This document shows positions 28,496 to 38,296 of a DNA stretch of 46,744 bases, piece by piece. Origin of the DNA: a virus (taxonomy: Duplodnaviria > Caudoviricetes); the IMG/VR virus record IMGVR_UViG_3300032295_004435, positions 1 through 46,744 of that record; one strand, given 5' to 3'. Position 1 is the stretch's first letter; every line of letters begins with the position of its first letter. Position numbers and translations under genes: made by a program. The notes beneath the pieces are model-generated. The model was not told the origin of the DNA. It did no database searches and saw only the letters and a list, made by a program, of their open reading frames with translations.

Positions 28496-29578
28496 ATGAA
28501 ATCAAAAGAACTATTATCAAGTTATCTCAAAAGTAACAAAGATGAACATTATAATTATGTGCAAGATAAGGATTATCTTATCTCTACTGGAAGTTTAATC
28601 TTTGATATTGAAGTTGGTGGAGGATTGCATCCATCGATTCTTAGATTTAGCGGTGTCTCAGGCGGCGGCAAAACAAGTTGCAGCCTTTCTATTATGAAAA
28701 GTTTCCTTTCCTCCTCAAAGGGCAGGAAAGCCCTTTACATTAAAGCCGAAGGAAGATTATCAAAAAATGTTGTTAATAGATCTGGTATTAAATTTGTAGA
28801 AGATGCCGAACAGTGGGAAGATGGAACTTGTTTTATATTTAAAACAAATATTTATGAAACTGCGGCTAATTTGATCCATAAGCTCGTTCAGAACAATGAA
28901 GAAGAAACGGCATATTTTTTCGTCATTGATAGCATGGATGCCCTTATTCCAAAGGGCGACAAAGATAAAACTTTTGAAGACGCTGTTAAAGTCAGCGGCG
29001 GCGCGGCAATTTCTTCGCACTTCTTAAAAAAAATGGCCCTTCCATTTTCCGTGGGTGGACATATATGCGCCATGATTAGTCAAGTTAGAAGTGAGGTTAA
29101 AGTAAATCAATATGCTAAAACCGATCCACGTTTGACAAACGCTTCTGGCGGATCCGCTCTCTTGCATTACTCTGACTGGATTTTTGAATTTTCCCCAAGA
29201 TATAAATCCGATTATATCACTGCCACAATAAATGGCAAAGAAGAAAATATTGGACATTGGGCGAAAATTACATTCAAAAAATCAACGAACGAAAAAGACG
29301 GCAAAGAAATTAGATATCCAATCAAACACAGCCAAAATGGTGGCAACTCCGTTTGGGTAGAATATGAAATTGCCGATCTAATGATAATGTGGGAATTTGC
29401 CAAAAAAGCAGGGGCATGGATTAAGATTGAACCTTCATTGATTGAAGAATTAAAATCAAATAATATTATTTTTCCAGAAACCATTCAAGGAATTGATAAT
29501 CTTAGATTGGCTTTGTCGAATAGCGAAGAAGCCACAAAGTATCTCTTTAACAAATTTAAAGAAATCTGCATAAGTTAA
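28496..29578 (+). CDS. recA: RecA/UvsX-like recombinase
   Basis: ISTGSLIFD, Walker A GVSGGGKTS, KAE, VIDSMDAL, ISQVR, SGGSALLHYS, GAW. Confidence 0.9.
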   Translation: MKSKELLSSYLKSNKDEHYNYVQDKDYLISTGSLIFDIEVGGGLHPSILRFSGVSGGGKTSCSLSIMKSFLSSSKGRKALYIKAEGRLSKNVVNRSGIKFVEDAEQWEDGTCFIFKTNIYETAANLIHKLVQNNEEETAYFFVIDSMDALIPKGDKDKTFEDAVKVSGGAAISSHFLKKMALPFSVGGHICAMISQVRSEVKVNQYAKTDPRLTNASGGSALLHYSDWIFEFSPRYKSDYITATINGKEENIGHWAKITFKKSTNEKDGKEIRYPIKHSQNGGNSVWVEYEIADLMIMWEFAKKAGAWIKIEPSLIEELKSNNIIFPETIQGIDNLRLALSNSEEATKYLFNKFKEICIS

Positions 29579-29991
29579 TGATTCTATTAGACATAAGGGG
29601 GAGAGAAAGAAAAATATCCCCATCTAAATATAGAATAGAATGGGACAAAGAGAGGGCTAGCGTGCCCCAGTATAGAACAAAACAATTTTTGAAAGAATTT
29701 TGGCTAGGAGATACTGTATGCGAAGAATTTATAATTCCTGGGAGTAGACTGCGAATAGATTTGATAAATTTTTCCAAAATGATTGCTGTTGAAGTTTCCG
29801 GGCAACAGCACGAATCTTTTAGTAAGTTTTTTCACAAAACTAGAATAGGCTTTATAAAGTCAATAAAAAGAGATTTTCAAAAAATCAAATGGCTTGAAAT
29901 TAATAATATTAAATTAGTGGAAATCTATGATTACGAAACTTTAGATTTAAATCAAAAAGAAATAGAAAAAAAGTTTGATATTACTTTATGA
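29578..29991 (+). CDS. PD-(D/E)xK / Vsr-like endonuclease
   Basis: EEF.IPGSRLRID...IAVEVSGQQH...RDFQK..W. Confidence 0.7.
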   Translation: MILLDIRGRERKISPSKYRIEWDKERASVPQYRTKQFLKEFWLGDTVCEEFIIPGSRLRIDLINFSKMIAVEVSGQQHESFSKFFHKTRIGFIKSIKRDFQKIKWLEINNIKLVEIYDYETLDLNQKEIEKKFDITL

Positions 29992-30275
29992 ATGATAAAT
30001 ACAATCACATGTTTGAGCTTCCAGAATCTATTCTTTCGCAAATGGAAGAGATGAGTGGTGGTGGATATATTATTTTTATTTTAGATGAAATGAATAAACC
30101 TTCGGTATACGAAAGTTTTGACGGAATTGGTCAAGAATCTCAGGTGAAGTCATTTGCTCTTGATTGGCTGGAAGCAGAAAGAGAAGTTAGGAAAGAAAGA
30201 TTCAAACAAGATATATGGAACGCTTATGGGTTGCAAAATGACAATGATGACTCGCAGGAAGATGAAGAAGAATAG
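29988..30275 (+). CDS. Hypothetical acidic protein
   Basis: 95-aa ORF, ATGA overlap with the upstream gene. Confidence 0.65.
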   Translation: MNDKYNHMFELPESILSQMEEMSGGGYIIFILDEMNKPSVYESFDGIGQESQVKSFALDWLEAEREVRKERFKQDIWNAYGLQNDNDDSQEDEEE

Positions 30276-30304
30276 TTGACAATATTCTAAATATATAATA
30301 TTAT
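30276..30304 (+). promoter_or_regulatory. Sigma70 promoter for dnaB
   Basis: TTGACA, 17 nt, TATTAT. Confidence 0.7.
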
Positions 30305-30313
30305 ATACTGGCA

Positions 30314-31816
30314 ATGATTTATTCACTACCTGTAGAAAAACACGTTATAGCCGGTTGCTTAAAATATCCAAAGCAATTTTTTGAGATTGACATCTTTGTT
30401 AGCGAGAAAGATTTCTATCACGATGTTCATTCTGTTATTTTTTCTGTTATAAAATCCTCTATTGGTCAAAATGAGGATGTTGACAATGTTCTAATAAGCG
30501 AAAAGATTAAAAACTTAGGTATTACATTCAAGAATACCGTTAATATTTTTGAATATTTGCAGAGCCTCAGTCTCATTAATCTTTCTGAAAAAGCTTTTAT
30601 TGAATCCGCGAAGACGTTGAAGACCCTTACTATCCGCAGGGAAATTTTTGAAACAGCTGAAAAACTCAAAAGTAAAATGTCTGCGAAAGAAGAAATGAGT
30701 GCCGATCAAATTATTTCTGCCGCTGATGCTATTTACAATGAAAAAATTAGCGCCTATGACCTCTTTGAAGAACCAGTCAATATTTTTGAAGATGCTCAAT
30801 TCCAAATTGAAGAAATTGGAAACAATCCAGTAGATGATTCTGGATTTTTAACGCCATTTAATGATTTTAATAGGCTTTATGGCGGACTTAGACCAAAAAA
30901 TCTTTACGCATTTGTTGCTAGACCAAAATCTGGAAAAACAACCATGCTTTGCGATTTGAATTATAAAATTTGTAATAATGTTTATAATGGTCAAGTTTCT
31001 TGCTTATATCTTGATACAGAAATGGAAACGTTGGATGTTCAAAAAAGACTTATTGCATCAATTTCTGGAATACCATTTTGGTATATCGATACAGGAAACT
31101 GGAGAAAAAATCCAGAAATGACCCAAAAAATTCGACAAACATGGGTTAAAATCAAGAATTTTAAATTTCATCATCTGAAAGTTGGAAATAAAACCACTAG
31201 CGAAATTCTCTCTATTGCGAGAAGGTGGTACTACTCAAAGGTTGGCAGAGGCGAGAAAGCAATTATCACTTACGACTATTTGAAAATGACTGGCGAGGGA
31301 GTTTCAGAATCCTGGAAGGAGTATCAAGTAATTGGAGATAAAACAGATAAACTTAAAAAACTTGGAGAAGAGCTGAATTGCGTAGTATTAACCTCTACAC
31401 AAATGAACAGAAGCGGAGAAAGCCAAAATAAAAAAGCTGGCAGTTTCTCAGACGATTCCTCTGCAATCGCGCTCTCAGACCGACTCCAGTGGTTCGCTTC
31501 TTATGTTGGTATCTTTCGCAGAAAGACAATTGAGGAAATCGCTGAAGATGGAGAAGATTGGGGTACTCACAAACTTGTTACTACAGCGAGTCGCTTTCAG
31601 GGTAAAGAAGCCGCTGGACATGTAGATTTAGTAGAAAGAAACATAGACGGAGAAAAAAGATTTGTTAGCAATTATATATCCTTTGATGTTAAAAATTTCA
31701 ACGTTGAAGAAAAGGGAAGCCTTGACTCACTCGTGAAAAAAGGCGGATTAAAATATCAAATTTTTGATAAAAATGGAAAAGCCGTTGACAAAAACGAAAA
31801 TGACGACCTCTTATAA
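30314..31816 (+). CDS. dnaB: Replicative DNA helicase DnaB
   Basis: N-terminal DFY..H motif, ARPKSGKTT, LDTEM, YDYLK, QMNR. Confidence 0.92.
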   Translation: MIYSLPVEKHVIAGCLKYPKQFFEIDIFVSEKDFYHDVHSVIFSVIKSSIGQNEDVDNVLISEKIKNLGITFKNTVNIFEYLQSLSLINLSEKAFIESAKTLKTLTIRREIFETAEKLKSKMSAKEEMSADQIISAADAIYNEKISAYDLFEEPVNIFEDAQFQIEEIGNNPVDDSGFLTPFNDFNRLYGGLRPKNLYAFVARPKSGKTTMLCDLNYKICNNVYNGQVSCLYLDTEMETLDVQKRLIASISGIPFWYIDTGNWRKNPEMTQKIRQTWVKIKNFKFHHLKVGNKTTSEILSIARRWYYSKVGRGEKAIITYDYLKMTGEGVSESWKEYQVIGDKTDKLKKLGEELNCVVLTSTQMNRSGESQNKKAGSFSDDSSAIALSDRLQWFASYVGIFRRKTIEEIAEDGEDWGTHKLVTTASRFQGKEAAGHVDLVERNIDGEKRFVSNYISFDVKNFNVEEKGSLDSLVKKGGLKYQIFDKNGKAVDKNENDDLL

Positions 31817-32723
31817 TCAAGAAGACGTAAAGCAAATACTAGAGCAATTAGGATATAAACTAAACGATAGGGGCAAAGAATGGAGATCCAAGCCGCTCTA
31901 TAGAGATTCCGGAAATGAGACGTCTTTAAAAATTAATAAAAAAGATGGTAAATGGATTGACTTCGCAAGAAATGAGTTTGGAAATATCGAACAACTTATA
32001 GAAAAAACTCTTGGTATTAATTTTATTGCCGCTAAAAAATGGATAAAAAAGAACGGGATAGAACTTACAAATTCAATAGAAAACAAGGAGGAAATAAATT
32101 TGGACTACGTAAAATTTTTTGATCCAGAGTTGTTAAAAAAGCTTGTTAAAAATTATAAATACTGGAATGATAGAGGGATAAAAAACGAAACGCTTGATTA
32201 CTTCGAAGGAGGATCATGCTCCACCGGCAAAATGGCAGGTAGATACGTTTTTCCCATTTTTGATGAGGATAAAAAAATAAGAGGATTTGCAGGAAGATCA
32301 GTATATTCAAATAATGATATCAAATGGAAACTTATAGGCAAAAGAAGCGATTGGAATTATCCATTGTTTTTAACCAAGGAATATATTAATAAAGAAAATG
32401 AATGCATTATTGTTGAAAGCATTGGTGACGCCCTGAGCCTTTGGCAAGCCGGAATTAAAAATTTTATTATTTCATTTGGGCTAAACTCGCTAGAGCATAT
32501 TTGTTACACTCTGGTCAAGCTAGATCCAGCTAAAATTATAATAGCATTCAATAATGATACGGTTGATAATAAAAAAACAGGGGCAGGAAATATTGCTGCA
32601 ACAAATTTCAAAAAAAACTTAGAGACTTTTTTTTCAAAAGATCAGATAATAATTAAACTTCCAGAATATAATGATTTTGGATCAATGACTGAAGAACAAA
32701 TAATCAAATGGAAGAACAACTAG
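31800..32723 (+). CDS. dnaG: DnaG-like primase (Toprim)
   Basis: Y...RGI, GRYVFPI, GFAGR, IIVESIGD, NDFG; start set at ATG 31800. Confidence 0.8.
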   Translation: MTTSYNQEDVKQILEQLGYKLNDRGKEWRSKPLYRDSGNETSLKINKKDGKWIDFARNEFGNIEQLIEKTLGINFIAAKKWIKKNGIELTNSIENKEEINLDYVKFFDPELLKKLVKNYKYWNDRGIKNETLDYFEGGSCSTGKMAGRYVFPIFDEDKKIRGFAGRSVYSNNDIKWKLIGKRSDWNYPLFLTKEYINKENECIIVESIGDALSLWQAGIKNFIISFGLNSLEHICYTLVKLDPAKIIIAFNNDTVDNKKTGAGNIAATNFKKNLETFFSKDQIIIKLPEYNDFGSMTEEQIIKWKNN

Positions 32724-33730
32724 AAGAAAAACCGCTCTATCTGAGCGCCTCCAAAATAAAAACATTCACCTCATGCTCGTGGCAGTATTTTGCATCATAT
32801 AATTTAAAAATTCCTCAAAGCGGAAATAGCGGAGCCTCAAGGGGAACCGTAGTTCATAATTTATTTGAGTTGATTGCGAAACCAAAGCACAATCATTATA
32901 TTAAAAAAATATGGCTAGCTGGAAGTCCAGAAAAAATTCCAACAATCAAAAGATTTCTCGAACGTCAGTTTTCATACGAAAAACTTAAAAAGTCGGAAGA
33001 AGTAAAACCAATTAAAGTCAAATATGGCATTAAAAATAATTGGGAAAGTGTATGCGAAATGATAATGGTTACTTTAAAATTTGAATTTATTGATATGAGT
33101 AATCATAAAGTAATTCATTCAGAATACGAATTTGATATAGTAAATGATAGTCCAAAATATGCTGTAAGGGGTTTCATAGACAGACTTTCAGAAGAGGATA
33201 ATGGTAAAACTCTTAAAATTTTAGACTATAAAAGTTCTTCAAAAAAATTCAAAGGAGAAGATGAAGATTCAAATATTCAAGCAATGATTTATTCATTAGT
33301 TGCTAGAAAAATTTGGAAAAACTATGATAAGTATAAGGCGAGCTTCTTTTTCATGCGTTTTCCAGAAGATCCATACCAACATAACGAATTCTCAGAAAAT
33401 GAATTAGATGGACTCGAGCATTACTTAGAATATATTACGGACATTCTTAAAAATCTAAATGAAACAACCGCCAAAAGCAACATGGCTTCTAAAGATAGAG
33501 AAAAGTCTTGGCTGTGCGGAAGAGGGAAATGGGTTTGTCCATACAGAGATGAATTAAAATTTTTTAAAGTGAAAGACCCAACCAAAGAAGGAAAAGACTC
33601 AGAAGTATCTTCGCATCTGAAAAAAGAAGACGCTGAAGAAAAAATTAAAAAAAATAAAAATTGGATAATTGAGGAGGCTCATTACGCAGGTTGCCCATCG
33701 TTTAAAGCCAACGACTCATTCTTTCCTTGA
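32708..33730 (+). CDS. Cas4/RecB-like PD-(D/E)xK exonuclease
   Basis: LSASKIKTFTSC, GTVVH, RGFIDRL, LDYKSS, QAMIY; C-terminal Cys residues (LCG, VCPY, GCP). Confidence 0.85.
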   Translation: MEEQLEEKPLYLSASKIKTFTSCSWQYFASYNLKIPQSGNSGASRGTVVHNLFELIAKPKHNHYIKKIWLAGSPEKIPTIKRFLERQFSYEKLKKSEEVKPIKVKYGIKNNWESVCEMIMVTLKFEFIDMSNHKVIHSEYEFDIVNDSPKYAVRGFIDRLSEEDNGKTLKILDYKSSSKKFKGEDEDSNIQAMIYSLVARKIWKNYDKYKASFFFMRFPEDPYQHNEFSENELDGLEHYLEYITDILKNLNETTAKSNMASKDREKSWLCGRGKWVCPYRDELKFFKVKDPTKEGKDSEVSSHLKKEDAEEKIKKNKNWIIEEAHYAGCPSFKANDSFFP

Positions 33731-33764
33731 AAAAGTATTAAAAAAAATATATTCTTACGCTACG

Positions 33765-34523
33765 ATGATTATCCCAGCTTTCAAGTCTCATTATTCTCTA
33801 AATAAGAGTATACTCACCTTAGAAAAAGATCATGGTACTTCTGGTCCAAAGTCAATTTTAAAATTAATAAAAAATCACAATTTAGAAAATTCTTTTCTTA
33901 TTGAGGACAATATGAGTAGTTTTTTAGAGGCTTATTACAACTCTAAAGATTGCGGTGTTAAATTAAACTTTGGACTAAGGTTGACTTTTTGTGCAGATAT
34001 AGACGATAAAAGTGAAGCCTCTATAAAAACTGAATCAAAATATATAATTTTTTTAACCGAGTCGGGCGGGTACGAGGCTTTAAGCAAAATTTTTTCCATA
34101 GCGGCGTCTCGCGGCTTTTATTACTTGCCAAGAATGGATTTTAAAACTCTCAAGCAGGAATGGAATGACTCGCTAGATATCGGCGTTCCATTTTATGACA
34201 GTTTTCTTTTCAATAATCATATGAAAATGTACAACTGTCTTCCTCCTGATTTTTGGAGCTGTCCAACATTTTTTTGGGAAGATAATTCAACGCCTTTCGA
34301 CAAAATTTATAAATCGGCTCTGTCAAAACATATGGATAAAAATTATCCAGAGTGCGAGTTGATTAGAACCCAATCTATTTATTATGAAATGAAAGACGAT
34401 TTTCTTGCCTATTTGACAATGAGATGCATTGGTAAAAAATCAACATTGCAAAAACCCAATCTGGACCATATGTGTAGTGATGAATTTTGTTTGGAATCTT
34501 ATCTTGAAAAAATTGAGGAATAA
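33765..34523 (+). CDS. Stand-alone PHP domain of DNA Pol III alpha (degenerate metal site)
   Basis: KSHYSL..SIL, G.KL.FG, GYEALSKIFS.A...GFYYLPRMD; start set at ATG 33765. Confidence 0.8.
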   Translation: MIIPAFKSHYSLNKSILTLEKDHGTSGPKSILKLIKNHNLENSFLIEDNMSSFLEAYYNSKDCGVKLNFGLRLTFCADIDDKSEASIKTESKYIIFLTESGGYEALSKIFSIAASRGFYYLPRMDFKTLKQEWNDSLDIGVPFYDSFLFNNHMKMYNCLPPDFWSCPTFFWEDNSTPFDKIYKSALSKHMDKNYPECELIRTQSIYYEMKDDFLAYLTMRCIGKKSTLQKPNLDHMCSDEFCLESYLEKIEE

Positions 34524-34525
34524 AA

Positions 34526-35176
34526 ATGGAAGAAAATCTTATTAGATTCAACAAGAAGGTAAAACTTCTTTTTATTGACTTTGAAACTGCAAATCTATGC
34601 CTTAATTATAGATTTAATTTGCCGTGGCAAATGGCTTTAATAAATACCGTTGGCGGAGAACCAGTTGACGAAGGAAAAGATATTCTTATTAATTGGGGCG
34701 ATGATTTCAAATTTTCTAAAGGGGCCGAGGCAATGGCTTACTCATACTCTCAAGAAAGGATGGACAAGGAAGGACTTAAACCAATAGATGCTCTAAAAAT
34801 TTTATCTGAAAATTTAAATAATTGCGATGGAATTGTTGGCCATAACATTCTTGGCTTTGATATTTATTTAATTAAATGCATGTACAATAAACTTGGAAGA
34901 CCGTATCCAGATATTCTTTCAAAGAAGCCAATATTTGATACTTTCGCTATGGCTAAAGGCTATTTTAACAATATACCATATCAAAAAGGGAATAATTTTG
35001 CTTTTTATCAATACAAAGTATTAAATCAAATCATTAAAGGATCAAAAAACTCACTATCAAAGGTTGCATCTAATTTCAACATAGCTTATGATGAATCAAA
35101 GCTGCACGATGCACTTTATGATCTTCATCTAAATGTCCAAGTCTGGAATAAATTAAAGTTTCAAGTAGATATTTAA
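34526..35176 (+). CDS. dnaQ: DEDDh 3'-5' exonuclease (Pol III epsilon-like)
   Basis: IDFET, GHNILGFD, FDT, LHDALYD. Confidence 0.85.
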   Translation: MEENLIRFNKKVKLLFIDFETANLCLNYRFNLPWQMALINTVGGEPVDEGKDILINWGDDFKFSKGAEAMAYSYSQERMDKEGLKPIDALKILSENLNNCDGIVGHNILGFDIYLIKCMYNKLGRPYPDILSKKPIFDTFAMAKGYFNNIPYQKGNNFAFYQYKVLNQIIKGSKNSLSKVASNFNIAYDESKLHDALYDLHLNVQVWNKLKFQVDI

Positions 35177-35179
35177 ATT

Positions 35180-37780
35180 ATGTTTTTAGAAAAATTCAAA
35201 TCAATTACCCTACCTCTACATGGCGTAAGATGTCCATCAATTACCCTTGACCCAAAGGACAGGGTGGAATATGGAATTAAAAATGACGCGACAAACCTTG
35301 AAATTTTGCAAACATTATGCAATCAAGGATTCAAGAAAATGCTGCCAGCCTGGAAACAAGAGAGTGGAAATATAGAAGAGTACAAGAGCAGGGTTAAATT
35401 TGAAGTTGAAACCCTGTCAAAATTAGATTTTGTTGACTATATATTGATTATATGGGATGTATTTAATTTTTGCAATAAAAACAATATTCCAACTGGGCTA
35501 GGCAGAGGAAGCGCGGCGGGAAGTCTTGTGTTGTATCTACTTGGAGTTACGGGAATTGACCCCGTTAAATATGGCTTGTTCTTTCAAAGATTTGTTTCTG
35601 AGGTTAGGGCCAAAAAACAAATTGTTGACGGCGTAACTTACCTAGATGGTAAAATGATTGCTGATATTGATAGCGACATTTGCTATTATCGACGCAAAGA
35701 AGTAGTAAAATATTTAGAAGAAAAATACCCAAATAGAACTTCTAAAATGCTGACGGTATCGACTCTATCCGGCAAGGCTTTGATTAAAGATGCTGGTAAA
35801 ATTATTGGAGAAAAAGAAGAAACCGAGATGAATAAAATAACATCTCTATTTACATCCAAATATGGCAAAGTAGCAGAGCCAGAAGAGATGTATGAAACAA
35901 GTGAAGAGTTTAAAGATTGGTGCGATGAAAATAAATTAATTTATGATACATCCCTGAAGCTAAAGGATCTTATTAGAAATAAGGGCGTTCACGCTTCTGG
36001 AATCGTTGTTAGTTATGAAGATTTAAACAAAACAACGCCAACAGAATTGACGGCAGACAAGGAAACCGTTTCATCTTTCACAATGGATTGGGCTACAAAG
36101 ATTAATATCAAATTAGATTTGCTTGGCTTGAAAAGCGTTTCCGTTATTCATGAGGTATCTAAATTGGTAGGAGTCGACTACAAAAGTATTGACTTGGAAA
36201 GCTATGAAAATATTTACGCCCATCTCCAGGAACTTAAAAATCCAAAAGGATTGTTTCAAATTGAAGCAGACACCAACTATAAAGTTTGCAAAAAAGTACA
36301 ACCAAAAAACTTAGATCAACTTAGTGCCGTTGTGGCTCTAGCAAGACCAGGAGCCTTGGACTATGTTGACCAATATGCCACGTATGCACTAACGGGCGTA
36401 AAACCTGAGATTGATCCAGTTATTGAATCCGTATTGGAAAAAACTGGCAACATTTGCCTTTATCAGGAGCAAGTGATGGCTATGTTTAATAAAATTGGAT
36501 TCTCTCTTACGGATTCCGAAGAAATTAGAAGAGCTATTGGAAAAAAACTTCCAGAAGAAATTGCCAAGTGGAAGCCAAAAATTTACGAACAATGCGAAAA
36601 ACAAGGTTTGAAAAAAGAAACCGCTGATCAAATTTGGAAAGTTTGCGAAGATAGTGCTGGTTATCAATTTAATTTGAGTCATAGCATAAGTTATTCAGCA
36701 ATGGCGGCTTTGACAATTTATTTTAAATTCAACCACTCTAAAGAGTTCTTTTTAGCCTTGCTTAGAATGGCTAAGAACGAGCAAGATAGTCTTGGTGAGA
36801 TTAGTACAATTAGCCAAGAAATGAAGCATTTTGGAATTAAATTACTTCCTCCAGACCTAGCCAAGAGCAAAGAAGATTTTGAAATTGAAGGTGGCAACAT
36901 TAGATATGGTCTTTCGGCTATCAAAGGAATTAGTAAAAAAGTCATTGAAAAAATGATTAATTTCAGAGGTGTTTATAATTCTAAAATAGATCTATTCATT
37001 GCGGCAAAACAAGCGAAAATTTCTATTGGTGTTCTTTCCGCATTGATACAAGCAGGAGCACTGGAAAGCCTAAATACTAAAACTCGTAGCCGACTGGTTT
37101 TGGAGGCTCAAACATGGAATATTTTAAAAGATAAGGAAAAAATCCTAGTAAAGCAACTTATAGAGCAAAAGAAGTTTGAAGACGTATTAACAGCAATTAA
37201 AGCACTTAACACAGAAATCAAAGATGACAAAGGGAAGTTAATTATTAAAGATTCAAGATTTTCAACAATCAAAAGAGATTACGAAAGATTTAAAACTATT
37301 TATTTGCTGAACAGTCGAAATGAGAATTTGGCAAATTTCTTTTATGAAAAAGAGCTGCTTGGAATGCCATATAGTCAAAGCCTTAGTAAAATTTTTCAAC
37401 AAAAAAACGAGAATATTCAAAGCATTGAGGAATGCAATAATGCAAAAGAAAAAGCCTCTTTATTCTTTGCTGGAATAGTTACAGACGTAACAAAAAGAAC
37501 TTCGAAAAATGGAAACCCATATATCAAGTATGAACTTTCCGACGAAGGCGGAAGGATAGAATGTTTTGTTTTTAGTAGTGAAAAAAGAGACAAACTAGAA
37601 GAAGTGAAGCAGAATAATGCTGGAAAACTTCCGGAAGAAGGCGATGTACTTATAGTAAAGGCTAATAAAAAAGATGGCAATGCTTGTTATGCTGAAAAAA
37701 TAGGCATACAGAGCGCTAAAATATATATGGCACTAAGAGATCTAAAAGATCAAGATTTAATTGAAGAAGAAGTCGTCTAA
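35180..37780 (+). CDS. dnaE: DNA polymerase III alpha catalytic core (lacks PHP)
   Basis: GRGSAAGSLV, DIDSD, HASG, KLDLLGL, GLFQIE, RPG, YQEQ, YQFNLSH, IRYGL.AIKGI, EKELLG, C-terminal OB fold. Confidence 0.93.
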   Translation: MFLEKFKSITLPLHGVRCPSITLDPKDRVEYGIKNDATNLEILQTLCNQGFKKMLPAWKQESGNIEEYKSRVKFEVETLSKLDFVDYILIIWDVFNFCNKNNIPTGLGRGSAAGSLVLYLLGVTGIDPVKYGLFFQRFVSEVRAKKQIVDGVTYLDGKMIADIDSDICYYRRKEVVKYLEEKYPNRTSKMLTVSTLSGKALIKDAGKIIGEKEETEMNKITSLFTSKYGKVAEPEEMYETSEEFKDWCDENKLIYDTSLKLKDLIRNKGVHASGIVVSYEDLNKTTPTELTADKETVSSFTMDWATKINIKLDLLGLKSVSVIHEVSKLVGVDYKSIDLESYENIYAHLQELKNPKGLFQIEADTNYKVCKKVQPKNLDQLSAVVALARPGALDYVDQYATYALTGVKPEIDPVIESVLEKTGNICLYQEQVMAMFNKIGFSLTDSEEIRRAIGKKLPEEIAKWKPKIYEQCEKQGLKKETADQIWKVCEDSAGYQFNLSHSISYSAMAALTIYFKFNHSKEFFLALLRMAKNEQDSLGEISTISQEMKHFGIKLLPPDLAKSKEDFEIEGGNIRYGLSAIKGISKKVIEKMINFRGVYNSKIDLFIAAKQAKISIGVLSALIQAGALESLNTKTRSRLVLEAQTWNILKDKEKILVKQLIEQKKFEDVLTAIKALNTEIKDDKGKLIIKDSRFSTIKRDYERFKTIYLLNSRNENLANFFYEKELLGMPYSQSLSKIFQQKNENIQSIEECNNAKEKASLFFAGIVTDVTKRTSKNGNPYIKYELSDEGGRIECFVFSSEKRDKLEEVKQNNAGKLPEEGDVLIVKANKKDGNACYAEKIGIQSAKIYMALRDLKDQDLIEEEVV

Positions 37781-37810
37781 ATTATAATATTAAGATTTAA
37801 AAAATAAACT

Positions 37811-38290
37811 ATGAATCTTAATAATATTCAATTCTACAAGCCCAATTCCTCGAATAAGGGTGTCGCTGTTTCAATATCTTTCAACCCCGCCGATAGTGGG
37901 ATTTATGTATCATTTATAAAGCAGTTTAGCTGGGATGCTGCAAAAAAAATCGGATCTTTCAAAGGCAATAAAGATAATCCAAAAGCAAAAAAGAATATAA
38001 AATTCAATGATATTGAAGTGGCTGGAATTATAAGAGCTATAGAAAAAGAAGAAAAATGGTCCACATTTCATAAATTTAACAATGAAAGCGGTGTATCGAT
38101 TTCGTTTTCTCCATATATCAAAGACAATGTAATGGCTGGGTTTGGATTGAGAATCTCAGATTCAAAAGACAAAGAAAATGTTTTCTCTGTGGGATTTACC
38201 AATGATGAATCAATTAAGTTAAGAGAGTGGTTTAAATTAAGCTTAGAGGAATCGTTTAAAACAAAAACCTCTAATACTAATTTAGAATAA
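37811..38290 (+). CDS. Hypothetical protein, possible ssDNA-binding protein
   Basis: 159-aa ORF after dnaE with two beta-sheet/helix halves rich in aromatic and basic residues; function is inference. Confidence 0.55.
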   Translation: MNLNNIQFYKPNSSNKGVAVSISFNPADSGIYVSFIKQFSWDAAKKIGSFKGNKDNPKAKKNIKFNDIEVAGIIRAIEKEEKWSTFHKFNNESGVSISFSPYIKDNVMAGFGLRISDSKDKENVFSVGFTNDESIKLREWFKLSLEESFKTKTSNTNLE

Positions 38291-38296
38291 TTTATT

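Noticed and set aside
32708-33730. CRISPR-Cas system suggested by the Cas4-like gene
   Set aside because: No repeat-spacer array and no other cas genes in the window
18786-37780. Inteins or group I introns in nrdA, recA, dnaB or dnaE, including a split intein joining PHP and DnaE
   Set aside because: Protein lengths are normal or short; no C/S...HN splice motifs or LAGLIDADG inserts were seen
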